Below are positions 14,401 to 25,725 of a stretch of DNA of 64,000 nt, piece after piece. The DNA lies in the NCBI RefSeq assembly GCF_009914755.1, contig NC_060931.1. One strand, given 5' to 3'. Origin of the DNA: the human T2T-CHM13v2.0 reference genome, Homo sapiens. The notes beneath the pieces were generated by a model. That model had not been told where the DNA came from. It saw only the letters and a program-made list of their open reading frames with translations, and ran no database searches. The stretch's first letter is position 1. Each line of letters begins with the position of its first letter. The position numbers and the translations under genes are program-made.

Positions 14401-14742
14401 GGGACTGCAGGAATACAAGAGGGTGGTCTTGACATTCCCTATTGTTCCAAGAACCATCCAGCTCAGGGCCTTTGTGCCCCCGACCCTTCTGGAATGTTCT
14501 TCCTTACACAGCACTACATGATACAGAGAAACGCAAGCTTGCACTCACACGGCTTCCACATCAGCCAGGGCTGAGTACTCTCATGAGGATTCCTGGCTTC
14601 CCCGTGATTTACCGCAGATTCCCTCTAAGCCCAAAATCCCCACGTGCACGAAGAGCTTTTCCTTCCTTTCCATCTTCACATGCACTCCTTTCCAGGGCAC
14701 AGCTCTGCTCCAAAGGAAAACATGCCTTTCCCACCGCCCCCC

Positions 14743-14895
14743 AAGCTTTAGTGAGGTATGCTTCACAAATAAAAACTGTACACATCTAAGATGTACAATT
14801 AGTGAGGTATGCTTCACAAATAAAAACTGTACATATCTAAGATGTACAATGTGATGTATTGGTGTGTATGTTCATATATAGTGAAATGATAATAA
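14743..14895 (-). mobile_element. L1MA/MB 3' terminal fragment containing a 51-bp tandem duplication
   Basis: agctttagtgaggtat...aaataaaaactgtacacatctaagatgtacaa is the reverse L1M end; unit at 14748-14798 and 14799-14849 with one mismatch. Confidence 0.8.
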
Positions 14896-15354
14896 AAATT
14901 ACAGTGATGTCAAAATTAATTTCCAAAATGCATATTGTGTGTCACTGCACTATAATTAGGATGTTACCACTGTCCATTTGATCTGCTAAACTGTAGAATC
15001 TCTGAAGACAGAACTGTAATCTTACAGATATTCTATAATCAGAAAAAATTATATCAAATATCCAGTTTGGGCCATTTCCTGGGACAGTATTCGATGATTA
15101 ACTTGAGCCTGAGGAGACTATATAAAATCTTAACATTAGGGGCAACTGAAAAGAAAGGTTGAGATGGCTAAATTTTTTTCTTTTCCTGGGAAAATGCCCC
15201 ATGTCAACTCCATATTCACTACATTACAGTTAATAATAATTTCATATTTTAAATCACTGATTCCATCAAATTTAACATGTATTTGATGATTACCTATTAT
15301 GGGTTCAACATTGGACTGGACATTTAAAAAGTACAAGATACATTTACAATATGT

Positions 15355-15406
15355 AGTTCCAGCCCTCAAATAGTTATAAAAGTTCCAGCCCTCAAATAGT
15401 TATAAA
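15355..15406 (+). repeat. Perfect 26-bp tandem duplication
   Basis: agttccagccctcaaatagttataaa twice. Confidence 0.95.
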
Positions 15407-15502
15407 TCTGCCTGGGAAGGTAATTTGTTTACACTTGAACATTCCGGTTACATTTAAAAAAATCTATATGGACAATAATGTATACTGAAGGAGAACGACA
15501 GA

Positions 15503-15905
15503 TGTTTCCTGAACACACCAGGCACACTCTTACTTCAGAGGCTTTGCACTCATTATTCCTTCTAGAATGTTCTTTCCTTAGGCTACCTCCAAAGCTCCCT
15601 CACTCACTCAAGTGAGGGTCTCTGCTGGAGCGTCCTGTACCAGTGGGCCCTCCCTGACCACAGTGGATGGCAACCTTCTACCTGTTTCCCCTCTCTCCCT
15701 ACCCTACACTCATTCTTCACAGCACTTGTCAGTCCTAACTTATATTATTTATCTATTTTATTAGTATTTTCTGCCTTCCTCCTTCCCATGAAAGCAGGGA
15801 CTTGCTCTGTTTTGCTCATTCCTCTGTTTCTAACATCTGGAAGGTGGCCAGCTCATCACAGACATTCAATAAATATTTCTTAAATCAATGTCTAAGGGAT
15901 GAATC
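15503..15905 (+). mobile_element. L2 3' region
   Basis: ttcctgaacacaccaggcacactc...catgaaagcagggacttg...cattcaataaatatttcttaaatcaatg. Confidence 0.85.
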
Positions 15906-16834
15906 ACACAATGCATGGTATTGCCCAGTCGGATGTCACGTGAATCAAGACATTTTTCAGGAAGGATTACAACTACCATGCAAATTGCAAGCTCCCTGGG
16001 AGGCATAAGCCCTCTCTCCCAGCATCCCATCAGCATTGCAAGGTGTGCCACCAAACTCCACCGCGACTTGCTGATGTGCACGTGTATTTCAAATCAATAC
16101 CGGGTTTACGTGTATACAAACACACAGCCAGCTAAACACCTTCTAAACTCGGAACATTAACACCTAGACAGGTGCCGATTTCAGATGTTCACACAATTGA
16201 AGCAAATGAATTCCATCTCTATCTGAGCCACATTTTCTAAAGACAGACTTCTTCTTCAGCATGGATTATAAAGAAGAACAAAAACAATTACTCAGCCATC
16301 TAACATGCCTCATGTTAGTCAACCACGATGTGAATAGAAATGCCCAGGTCATGTTAAGGTTTGTTTCATTTGTTGTGTTTGTGTGTTTATTGCATTCCCA
16401 GGTCATGTATTGCATTCCCAGATTAAGGCTGGAATACCTTGCACGTGTAATCTTCATCCAACAAAATAAAATGCAGACACGCACCCTCCCAGAAAATCCT
16501 CCAGTGGCAGCGGCATGTGAGAGCCAATGGAAGGCCAGGCCCAGGGCCCATGCGAGGATCGGGAAATTGTGAAAAGAGTGGAAGGAGTAGGGACTTTGAA
16601 ATCAGACCAGGGTGAGGAACGGCCTCCCTCCCTTTCGGACTTTCCAGCTGCTGGACATCTCCGAGCCTAGCCTGTCACTCTCAGAACATCTCAAATTCAT
16701 CATCTTCCCACCCCACTTAGCAGCTGGTAGCCACTGCCCTGTGTTTCATGATGTGAAACACACAAGTGCTACCTCCACACCTAGCATGTACACCATCCTG
16801 TATCAGAGATGGCCACACCTTGTATTTCCTAGAG

Positions 16835-17337
16835 CAGGGGTGCCCAGCTCCCCCACGATACCTGTCCATGGCCTGTTAGGAGCTGGGCCACACAGCAGGA
16901 GGTGAGCAGTGGGCCAGTGAGCAAAGCTTCCTCTGTATTGACAGCCGCTCCCCATAACCCGCATTACCGCCTGGGCTCCGCCTCCTGTCAGATCAGCAAT
17001 GGTATTAGATTCCCATAGGTGCACAAACCCTACTGTGAACTGTGCATGAGAGGATCATGTTACTGTAATGCCTGATGATCTGTCACTGTCTCTCATAACC
17101 CCCAGATGAAACCATCTAGTTGCAGGAAAACAAGCTCAGGACTCCCACTGATTCTACATTATGATGGATTTTATAATTATTTCATTCTATATTACAATAT
17201 AATAATAATAATAGAAATAAAGTGAACAATAAATGTAATGCGCTTGAATCACCTCAAAACTATCCCCACTCCCTGTCCATGGAAAAATTGTCTTCCACGA
17301 AACTGGTCTCTGGTGCCACAGAGGTTGGGGACTGCTG
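16835..17337 (+). mobile_element. MER1A-type hAT-Charlie DNA transposon
   Basis: Terminal inverted repeats caggggtgccc...ggggactgctg; perfect 8-bp TSD TCCTAGAG at 16827-16834 and 17338-17345. Confidence 0.92.
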
Positions 17338-18719
17338 TCCTAGAGGCTTTCAGGACCAAGTGCACAGTGTAACTGGTGTTTGTGTCTCACAGCCAGGTGG
17401 GCACAGCCTGCAGCATCCACGTTCTATAGACTCAGAATCAAAAGCACTTATTAGGTACCCCAGCATCAACAAACACCACCCACTGGCACCCAGATGTCCT
17501 CAACGTACTCTTTGTCCACCTGAGCAGATTTATCTTCATGACACGGTAGAATCTTTAGCTAAATACTAACAAGTGAAAACTTTTGTCACTCTGGTTAAAC
17601 ATTAAAATAATCCTGCTGCGACATGAAGATGCTCATTTCAAAACAAAACAATGGGAAGTGTTTTAGAAAGCATTCTCTTCACGGGGATGGAGGGAAGGCA
17701 GTAAAAGGAACCCCATGTCAAAGGAACCCACAAACCAACCTAAGGAACAGACCAAATGTAGATGGGAGATGAAGAAAGCATTGTGTGTGTCAGTTTCCAT
17801 CCGTCTGTCTCCCCGCAGCCCCCACCTCCTGTCCTGGAGAGTTGTACAGAAAGGGCACATCACACCCACCCACTGGAAAATGGACAATTGTTGTGTCCAA
17901 TTTCACTGTCATCCCAGAATGGAAACCCTGAGCTGAGGAGAGCTGTCAGGTAGGAAGGACAACGTTCTCTCCACCGCTTTGATGTAAACCAAACTCTGGG
18001 TGCTGCCAAGGTTTGACTAATTCTTCCTTATTCCAGGCTTACCTTGTTGCCTAATTTTTTTCATATAATTCTGCAAAGCTTTAAAACTGGGTTTAGAAAC
18101 TACAAGGGCAGGAAAATGCACCCATGATATGCTTTACATGATATAAAAATCCCCATGCCCTGTCCTCTCCCAGCCCCACTGTAGAAAGCAAGTTTTATTA
18201 ACACGAGGCAAGTGCTCAGTTTTCAAGAGGACTCTGAGCATTAAAGCAGATTGTTTTATGTCTCTGACATGAATACTCCGGGTGGATGAACTATCAAGGC
18301 CCAGGTTTAAGTGTGATTAATGCCTAGTACTTGGAAACCATCCAAACTTATTAAATCTGATGGAGTAAAACAGCATAACTTTCTCATATTATTTCCAGGA
18401 GATGTGATTAGGCTGAACGTGGTAGTGAATGGAACTGCAGGAATAAGCCACGGTAGCGGGGAGGGGGAGCTCTATTTACAAAGAATTAAAACAGAGTGGA
18501 GCGTTTTAGCAAGTACGGGCAGAGTTCGATCACCTCAACCCAAGAAGAGGGGTGAGGACTGAAAACAAAGTCAACACAACCTTCCTGTATATTCCATGAC
18601 TTTGTCCACACACTACCAAGAGTAAGAGTTGACTTATTGGAAGAAAAAGAAAAAGAAAGTACTTGATAAATGTTCCCTTTCACCCACCCCAAAATGAATA
18701 TATCAGTACACACGTGTAC

Positions 18720-18721
<2 letters not shown>

Positions 18722-18757
<36 letters not shown>
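18722..18757 (+). repeat. (CA)n microsatellite
   Basis: About 18 CA units. Confidence 0.97.
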
Positions 18758-18759
<2 letters not shown>

Positions 18760-19871
18760 GTCATTTTATGTTCTGGTATGTAACAGAAGCATCAGAGATA
18801 TATTCAACGCTCCCCTTTCCACACAGAAAACAGGAGCCGTACAATCTTACAGTCCAGTCTGTCTACAGATCCAGGCAAGCGTGTCTGAAATTGATTACTG
18901 GTAGATGTTGCAGCTTAGGGGCAGTGCACGTTTGTCTTTCTAAGGTGTGGTGTGCTTCTCCAAGGCCAGTAGCTTCCAAGCACAATACCTGTACTTCGTT
19001 AATTCCTTCGGTTCTGCTTTGGACAAAATAACATTCCAAAGAAATGAACAAGAAAACTACACAGGGATGAATGAGCAGCCAACGTCCAACAAAGAGGAAC
19101 TTGCCGAGCACCTCCACGGACCAGGAGGCAGCTGGGTGCTGAGAGGCTGAGCCTGGGTGGGTACGGCCTCACTTTGGGTCAAATGCTCTACGGGAAGATG
19201 TGGGGAGCGCAGCAGTCAATCCTCCGGGGACCACATCCCTCAGCCCAGTGCAGACGCGGCTGCATTAACACTGGACATCTAGACACTTGGACACTTGCAT
19301 TTAGGGCTCTTATTGAAGAAACAGAAACATAACAAAAGTATTTGTAATCTTAAAATCTGTCCATTATGGTCCCAAGGCAAATCTGGGCCGTGGAGAGGAG
19401 AGAGAAGGTGACCCCCACCACCCCCCCGCCACCAGTCTCTGCACTGATAGAAGAATAACAAATATAAAAAAATCTGCCAAACAACAAAGCTTCAATTTAT
19501 TATACATGCTCATCAATTTAACCCAAAAAAAAAAAAAAACCCTTAAAAGCCTGAGGGTGATCCAGCCCCTTTAATACCCAGGCCCTGAGCATGCCGCAGA
19601 TCAAGGCCCAGGCCCCAGCCTGCTTTGTCTGCGAAAGATGAAAGCCAGGCGCAAACAGGTGAAGGCTTTTTTGAATCATCACCTGCAATTAAGCAAAGGA
19701 AAACCAAGAGAAGCAGAGGTGAGCTGAACTCGCTTGAAAAAGGCGCCCGCGGAGCAGGTGGATGCTTGCTGCCGATGGCTGCGGTGTCTGCTGACACTCC
19801 CAGATGACGAGCCCTCCCCGGGCTCCCTGCATGCACGGCAGATTGCCCGGTGGGAAGGGGGGTGCACAGGG

Positions 19872-21212
19872 AAACACACACAGGTGCACACCCAGACACA
19901 CACACACACAGATACAGACACACAGACACATAGACACACACAGAGACACAAACACAGACACAGAGACATGCACAAACACACTTACACACACCCAGACACA
20001 CACACACACACACACAGATACAGACACACAGACACACAAACACACAGCTACACCCTCACAGACACACAGGGACACAAACACCCACACAGAGACACGCACA
20101 CGCAGACACACACACATAGATACAAACACACTCACAGACACACAGAGACAAGCACACACAGAGACACGCACATAGATACAGACACACACAGAGACACAAA
20201 CACACAGACACAGATACACACACAGAGACATGTACAAACACACACCCAGACACACGCACACAGATAGACACACAGACACACACAGAGACACAAACACACA
20301 GACACAGAGACACATACACACACACCCAGACATACACATGGATACAGAACATTCGCTATCACACGGACGCACAGATACAGACACACACACAGACGCACAG
20401 AGACACAAACACACACAGACACAGAGATACACACACAGATACAGACACAAAGACACACAGATAGAGACACACTACAGTCACACAGATACAGACAGATACA
20501 GACACAGACACAGAGACACGCACAGACACACACACAGACACACTCATAGACAAATACACAGACACACAGATACAGATGCACTCACAGACACACAAACACA
20601 CACACAGACACAAACACACAGAGACACAGAGGTATGCACAAACACACAGACACACACAGATATGCACATAGACACATACATAGACACATAGATACAGGGA
20701 CACAGGCAAGTACACACACAGGAAAACACACAAACAAACACAGATACACCCACAGACAAATACACAGACACACATAGGTGCACAGACACAGAGACACTGA
20801 CACACAGGTCCACACAGACATGAGGACACTCACAAACACACTGACACACAAAGACACACAGAGACAAACAAGTGCACACACAGACACACTGACACACAGA
20901 GACATAGAGACACACACGAACACAGACACACACACAGAGACACATAGGTGCACATAGAAACACACAGACACACTAACACATACAGGTGCACACAGACATG
21001 TAGGCGCACACACAGATATGCACAGAGATAGGGACACACATAGACACAGAGAGAGACACACACAAATACACAGACAGGTACACAGTCATGCAAACACACA
21101 TGGGCACAGGAAAACATACACGCAGACACAGATACACACAGACACACATACAGACACACAGACACACAGAGACTAACACAGAGACACACCCAGAGACAGA
21201 CACACACACACC
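19872..21212 (+). repeat. ~1.34 kb degenerate (CACAGA/CA)n low-complexity tract
   Basis: Directly visible; source of the CV-rich and HT-rich spurious ORFs. Confidence 0.97.
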
Positions 21213-22537
21213 CGTATGCTGCATACCACCTGTGTCTCGCCACTCACTCTTTCCGTGCATTGTTTTGACTGGTTCCTCTTTCCATTCTTTTGGAAACACT
21301 GTCCCAAACTCAAGTTTGCATGAGACTTAACTATTAATATTGGCATCTAAATGTTTTCCGTTCTCCACGGAGACCCAGAATTCTAATAACCACAATTATT
21401 AAGGTCTTTTCAAAAGGTAGAGGAGCATTGACCCAGAATTTTCAGATTTGACTCATTCCACGAGAACAGTATTTCCTGAACAGAGCTCCCTTTGCTCTGA
21501 AAGAACATGGTGATTTTAATGAAGAGTCTAGCACCATGTTACGCCTCTGTGTTGTCATTTTTGACTTCTTGTAGAAAAATTCCACCGTTTGAAAGCGTCT
21601 GGTGTGTACATTTTGGATCAACTCTTCTGCGACAAATGGCACGGCACTGCTCAGATCCATTGTACCTCTGGGCAACTCCCTCTGCCAAAACTTCGTATTG
21701 CTTTCTCAGACGTGGAAGAAACCTCAGAGCCAGCAGCATATCTTGCTTACCCATTATATATATTTTAAAACATACATTTTTACCAAAATATGTATTGGGT
21801 TTAAAGGAATTTACTGTAAAAAGGAAGCTCATCCTCACTAATGCAGGCTTCAAGTTTGTGTGATGCCAATGAGACGTCCCAATGACAGGTCTCAGATGAG
21901 CTCCGATTTCACACAGAAACCTCAATTGCACCAAAATGAATGAATGAGCAGGAGATAGGGCTGGCTTGCTGTATGATATTAGCTCAAAACTCTTCATCTT
22001 TTTCTAAAGATCATTTGGAAGAAGATGGAAGAAGGCTTGGCTCCTTGTACCAGATCTGTTTAGAAGCTTCGAAAATTCCAAGTACTGCTTTCATATTTGG
22101 AAATCGATACCAAGAATCAATGTGAGCTTGCTTTCTGTCGTGTGGAAGCCAAAGGTGAGGATAATGCATTCGACCAGCAGAGAAAATTGCTGTTTTTTGG
22201 CCTCTGGGAAGTATCTTCTCCAAGGTAAAGTAGCAGGAATGCTCCAAAATATTTTTTCAATCCCACAATCAATGCAGACAACAGAGAATTGTGGCGGAAT
22301 TAGATACACTTTGGCCTCATGCTGGTCTCCAAGGCCGCTGCCCCAAAATGTCAGAATCAAACTTTCTCACCTTTCTTCTTTTTGTCTCTCTCCACTCTCC
22401 CATGGAACATGCTTGGTTCTTCTGTTCTTTCTAGCCCCGTCTCATGTTCCCTTTTACCCTCCCTGTTATCCGTTTCTCAAGGCTCAGGCCAACATCCCAT
22501 TCACCTGTCTGTCTGCCCCATAAAGAGTGACCTGGCC

Positions 22538-22696
22538 TGGGCATGGTGGCAGGTGCCTGTAATCCCAGCTACTTGGGAGGCTGAGGCAGGAATTTCTTGA
22601 AGCCGGGAGGAGGAGGTTGCAGTGAACTGAGATCAGGCCACTGCACTCCAGCCTGGGCAACAGAGTGAGACTCCGTCTCAAACAAAAAAAAACAAT
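22538..22696 (+). mobile_element. 5'-truncated Alu (right arm only, S-type)
   Basis: tgggcatggtggcaggtgcc...gagactccgtctc plus A tail; TSD copies at 22523-22537 and 22698-22712. Confidence 0.93.
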
Positions 22697-22712
22697 TAAG
22701 AGTGACCCAGCC

Positions 22713-23077
22713 ATGAAGTCTTTGCCCATGCCTATGTCCTGAATGGTATATTGCCTAGGTTTTCTTCTAGTGTTTTCATGGTTTTAGGTCTTATGTTTAA
22801 GTCTTTAATCCATCTTGAGTGAATTTTTTTGTATAAGGTGTAAGGAAGGGGTCCAGTTTCAGTTTTCTGCATACGGCTAGCCAGTTTTCACAAAACCATT
22901 TATTAAATAGGGAATCCTTTCCCCATTGCTTATTTTGTCAGGTTTGTCAAAGATCAGATGGTTGTAGATGTGTGGTGTTATTTCTGAGGCCTCTGTTCTG
23001 TTCCATTGGTCTATATATCTGTTTTGGTACCAGTACCATGCTGTTTTGGTTACTGTAGCCCTGTAGTATAGTTTGAA
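22713..23077 (-). mobile_element. Inverted 5' segment of an L1PA (twin-priming inversion)
   Basis: Reverse-complement L1 ORF2 starting at atgaagtctttgcccatgcctatgtcctgaatgg. Confidence 0.95.
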
Positions 23078-24128
23078 ACATCAAAAACAATGGCTACAAA
23101 ATCCAAAATTGACAAATGGGATCTAATTAAACTAAAGAACTTCTGCACAGCAAAGGAAACTAGCATCAGAGTGAACAGGCAACCTACAGAATGGGAGAAA
23201 ATTTTTGCAATCTATCCATCTGACAAAGGTCTAATATCCAGAATCTAAAAGGAACTTAAACAAATTTGTAAGAAAAAAAAAACCCATCAAAAAGCGGGAG
23301 AAGGATATGAATACACACTTCTCAAAAGAAGACATTTATGCTGCCAACAAACATATGAAAAAAAAGCTCCTCATCACTGGTCATTAGAGAAATGCGAATC
23401 AAAACCACAATGAGATATCATCTCATGCCAGTTAGAATGGCAATCATTAAAAAGTCAGGAAACAACAGATGCTGGAGAGGATGTGGAGAAATAGGAATGC
23501 TTTTACACTGTTGGTAGCAGTGGAAATTAGTTCAACCATTGTGGAAGACAGTGTGGCGATTCCTCAAGGATCTAGAATCAGAAATACCATTTGACCCAGC
23601 AATCCCATTACTGGGTATATACTCAAAGGATTATAAATTATTCTGTTATAAAGACACATGCACATGTATGTTTACTGCAGCACTGTTCACAATAGCAAAG
23701 ACTTGGAACCAACCCAAATGCCTATCAATGATAGACTGGATAAAGAAAATGTGGCACATATACACTATGGAATACTATGCAGCCATAAAAAAGGATGAGT
23801 TCATGTCCTTTGCAGGGACATGGATGAAGCTGGAAACCATCATTCTCAGCAAACTAACAAAGGAACAGAAAACCAAACACTGCATATTCTCACTCATAAG
23901 TGGGAGTTGAACAAGGAGAACACATGGACACAGGGTGGGGAACATCATACACCAGAGCCTGCGGTGGGGTGGAAAGCTAGGGAAGGGATAGCATTAGGAG
24001 AAATACCTAATGTAGATAACGGGTTGATGAGTGCAACAAACCACCATGGCACATGTATACCTATATAACAAACCTGCACGTTCTGCACATGTACCCCAGA
24101 ACTTACAGTATAATTTAAAAAAAAAAAT
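23078..24128 (+). mobile_element. L1PA (about PA7) ORF2 end, 3' UTR and polyA
   Basis: ORF 23539-23910 is the L1 ORF2p C-terminus (WKTVWRFLKDLE...); G-rich 3' UTR and A tail; TSD at 22698-22712 and 24129-24143. Confidence 0.96.
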
Positions 24129-24826
24129 AAGAGTTACCCAGCCTGAGTCAAGTCAAATTTGCTGAGTTAAATAAAACTGGATTTTCTGGCCAGATCTGTG
24201 TCTTTAGTTCAGAGCCTGCAGGTCTCCAACCTGCCTAAGCCACAGTGATCAAAGGGCCCAAAGAAATTGTGTTTTCAAGAACTTTGCCACTTGTCAAGGA
24301 AATGAATATGCAAATAGCACCACGTTGGATAAAATGATTTTTTTTCTCAAAACAAGTAAAACCAACATATCCAAAATAATACAATCTTCATTCTGAATCT
24401 GTTCTTTTTCTTCAGCCAAATACCATCTTAGCCACCATATGTTTTATAGCCCAGCAAACAACCCCAAGTGACTTCTACATTCTTAACTAAAGCATCAAAA
24501 TATGAAAAACAATAGCATTGTATGAAAAATTCAGTTAAATGGGTGTTCCAGGTAAAATCTTAAGGAGTATCTCACAGAGGTGCCAGGTCCGCTTCCTGCA
24601 GATAGGAAATGAATGCTTTGCTCTCAAGAAAAAGGAACTTGGAGAATTTGTCATCTCAAACTAAGTGTGAATGAAGAAGGCATGGGGTAACTGATATTGT
24701 TTTCTCCCCTAGGTATGTGGGTCTCCTGGCTTGCCAGTAACAGGTAAGTTGCACATGAATGGGATTAAGCAAAACTCCTACCCATGCCTGGGAACAAAAA
24801 TTACCTGCTTTAGAAAACAAGGGATG

Positions 24827-25110
24827 CATTTGACCCAGCAGTCCCACTACTGGGTATCCACCCAAAGAAAAAGAAATTTTTGATATATTAATTTCCTTTC
24901 CTTTAGCTATATATTCAGCAGTGGAACTGCTGGATCACAGCATCATTCTATTTTTAAGTTTTTGAGAAACCTCCATATTATTTTTTAACAGTGGCAATAC
25001 TGATATACATTTCTATCGTCAGCCACAAGGGTTCCCCTTTCTCCATATCCTCGTCAGCATTTTTTATTCTCTTTTTGATTTAAAATATTTTAACTGTCAA
25101 AATAAAAGAG
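24827..25110. mobile_element. TSD-flanked composite of a sense and an antisense L1 fragment
   Basis: Sense L1 24827-24878, antisense L1MA-like 24879-25096; AGAAAACAAGGGATG at 24812-24826 and 25111-25125. Confidence 0.8.
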
Positions 25111-25624
25111 AGAAAACAAGGGATGGATTTCCCCTTAGGAATGAGCTCAGACAAAGACTGACTAGAGCAGCCTCTAGTGTCCGAGTGAAGCTGGACCAAG
25201 TGCTCAGCCCTTTAGGCCCCTCAACCATGGGATTCTGTGAGTCCTAGAGGCCATCCACGCAGCGGTCACTCTGGGGATGTGAGATGTCGGGCTGTAATTC
25301 ACTTCTTCATATTTGATTAACTTTGTAATCTCCAAGCAGCTGATTTCATTTGCCCTGTATCGTTCAAGGTGATATCAACAGTTTGTATTAGTGAAAGCCA
25401 AGTCCCTTTCTCAAACACAGCTGCCCGCGCCATCTTTCTCTCATAGATCACTCTGTCTCGCGCCTTTCAGAAGCAATCATTGTTTTCCTACACGTACATT
25501 TACAAATGCCAGCTTCAAACCTGAGAAAAGCCAGACCCTGGCTATGTTCCAATAGCACCAATCCTCCCATCTGTCCCTGAGCGTGGGGACGATCGGGCAG
25601 GAGAACCGTGAGACTCATCATTGA

Positions 25625-25725
25625 GTATTTCATTGAACCTTCTCAGCCTCAGTTCCCCATCTGCAGCACAAGGCGATGTAACAGTGATGTGGATGCCTCC
25701 TTTCAGCAGTAACAATGTGTGGTTT
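25625..25725 (+). mobile_element. MIR fragment
   Basis: aaccttctcagcctcagttccccatctgcag. Confidence 0.6.

Noticed and set aside
19543-21330. Many long Cys/Val-rich and His/Thr-rich ORFs (up to 255 aa)
   Set aside because: They are translations of the CA/TG tract, which lacks stop codons in several frames; there is no domain or gene structure.
21539-21997. 152-aa non-repetitive ORF on the - strand
   Set aside because: No recognisable homology, and a few ORFs this long are expected by chance in six frames of 64 kb; PhyloCSF or Ribo-seq would be needed.
23539-23910. 123-aa ORF with clear protein similarity
   Set aside because: It is the ORF2p C-terminus of a truncated, inverted L1, not a host gene.
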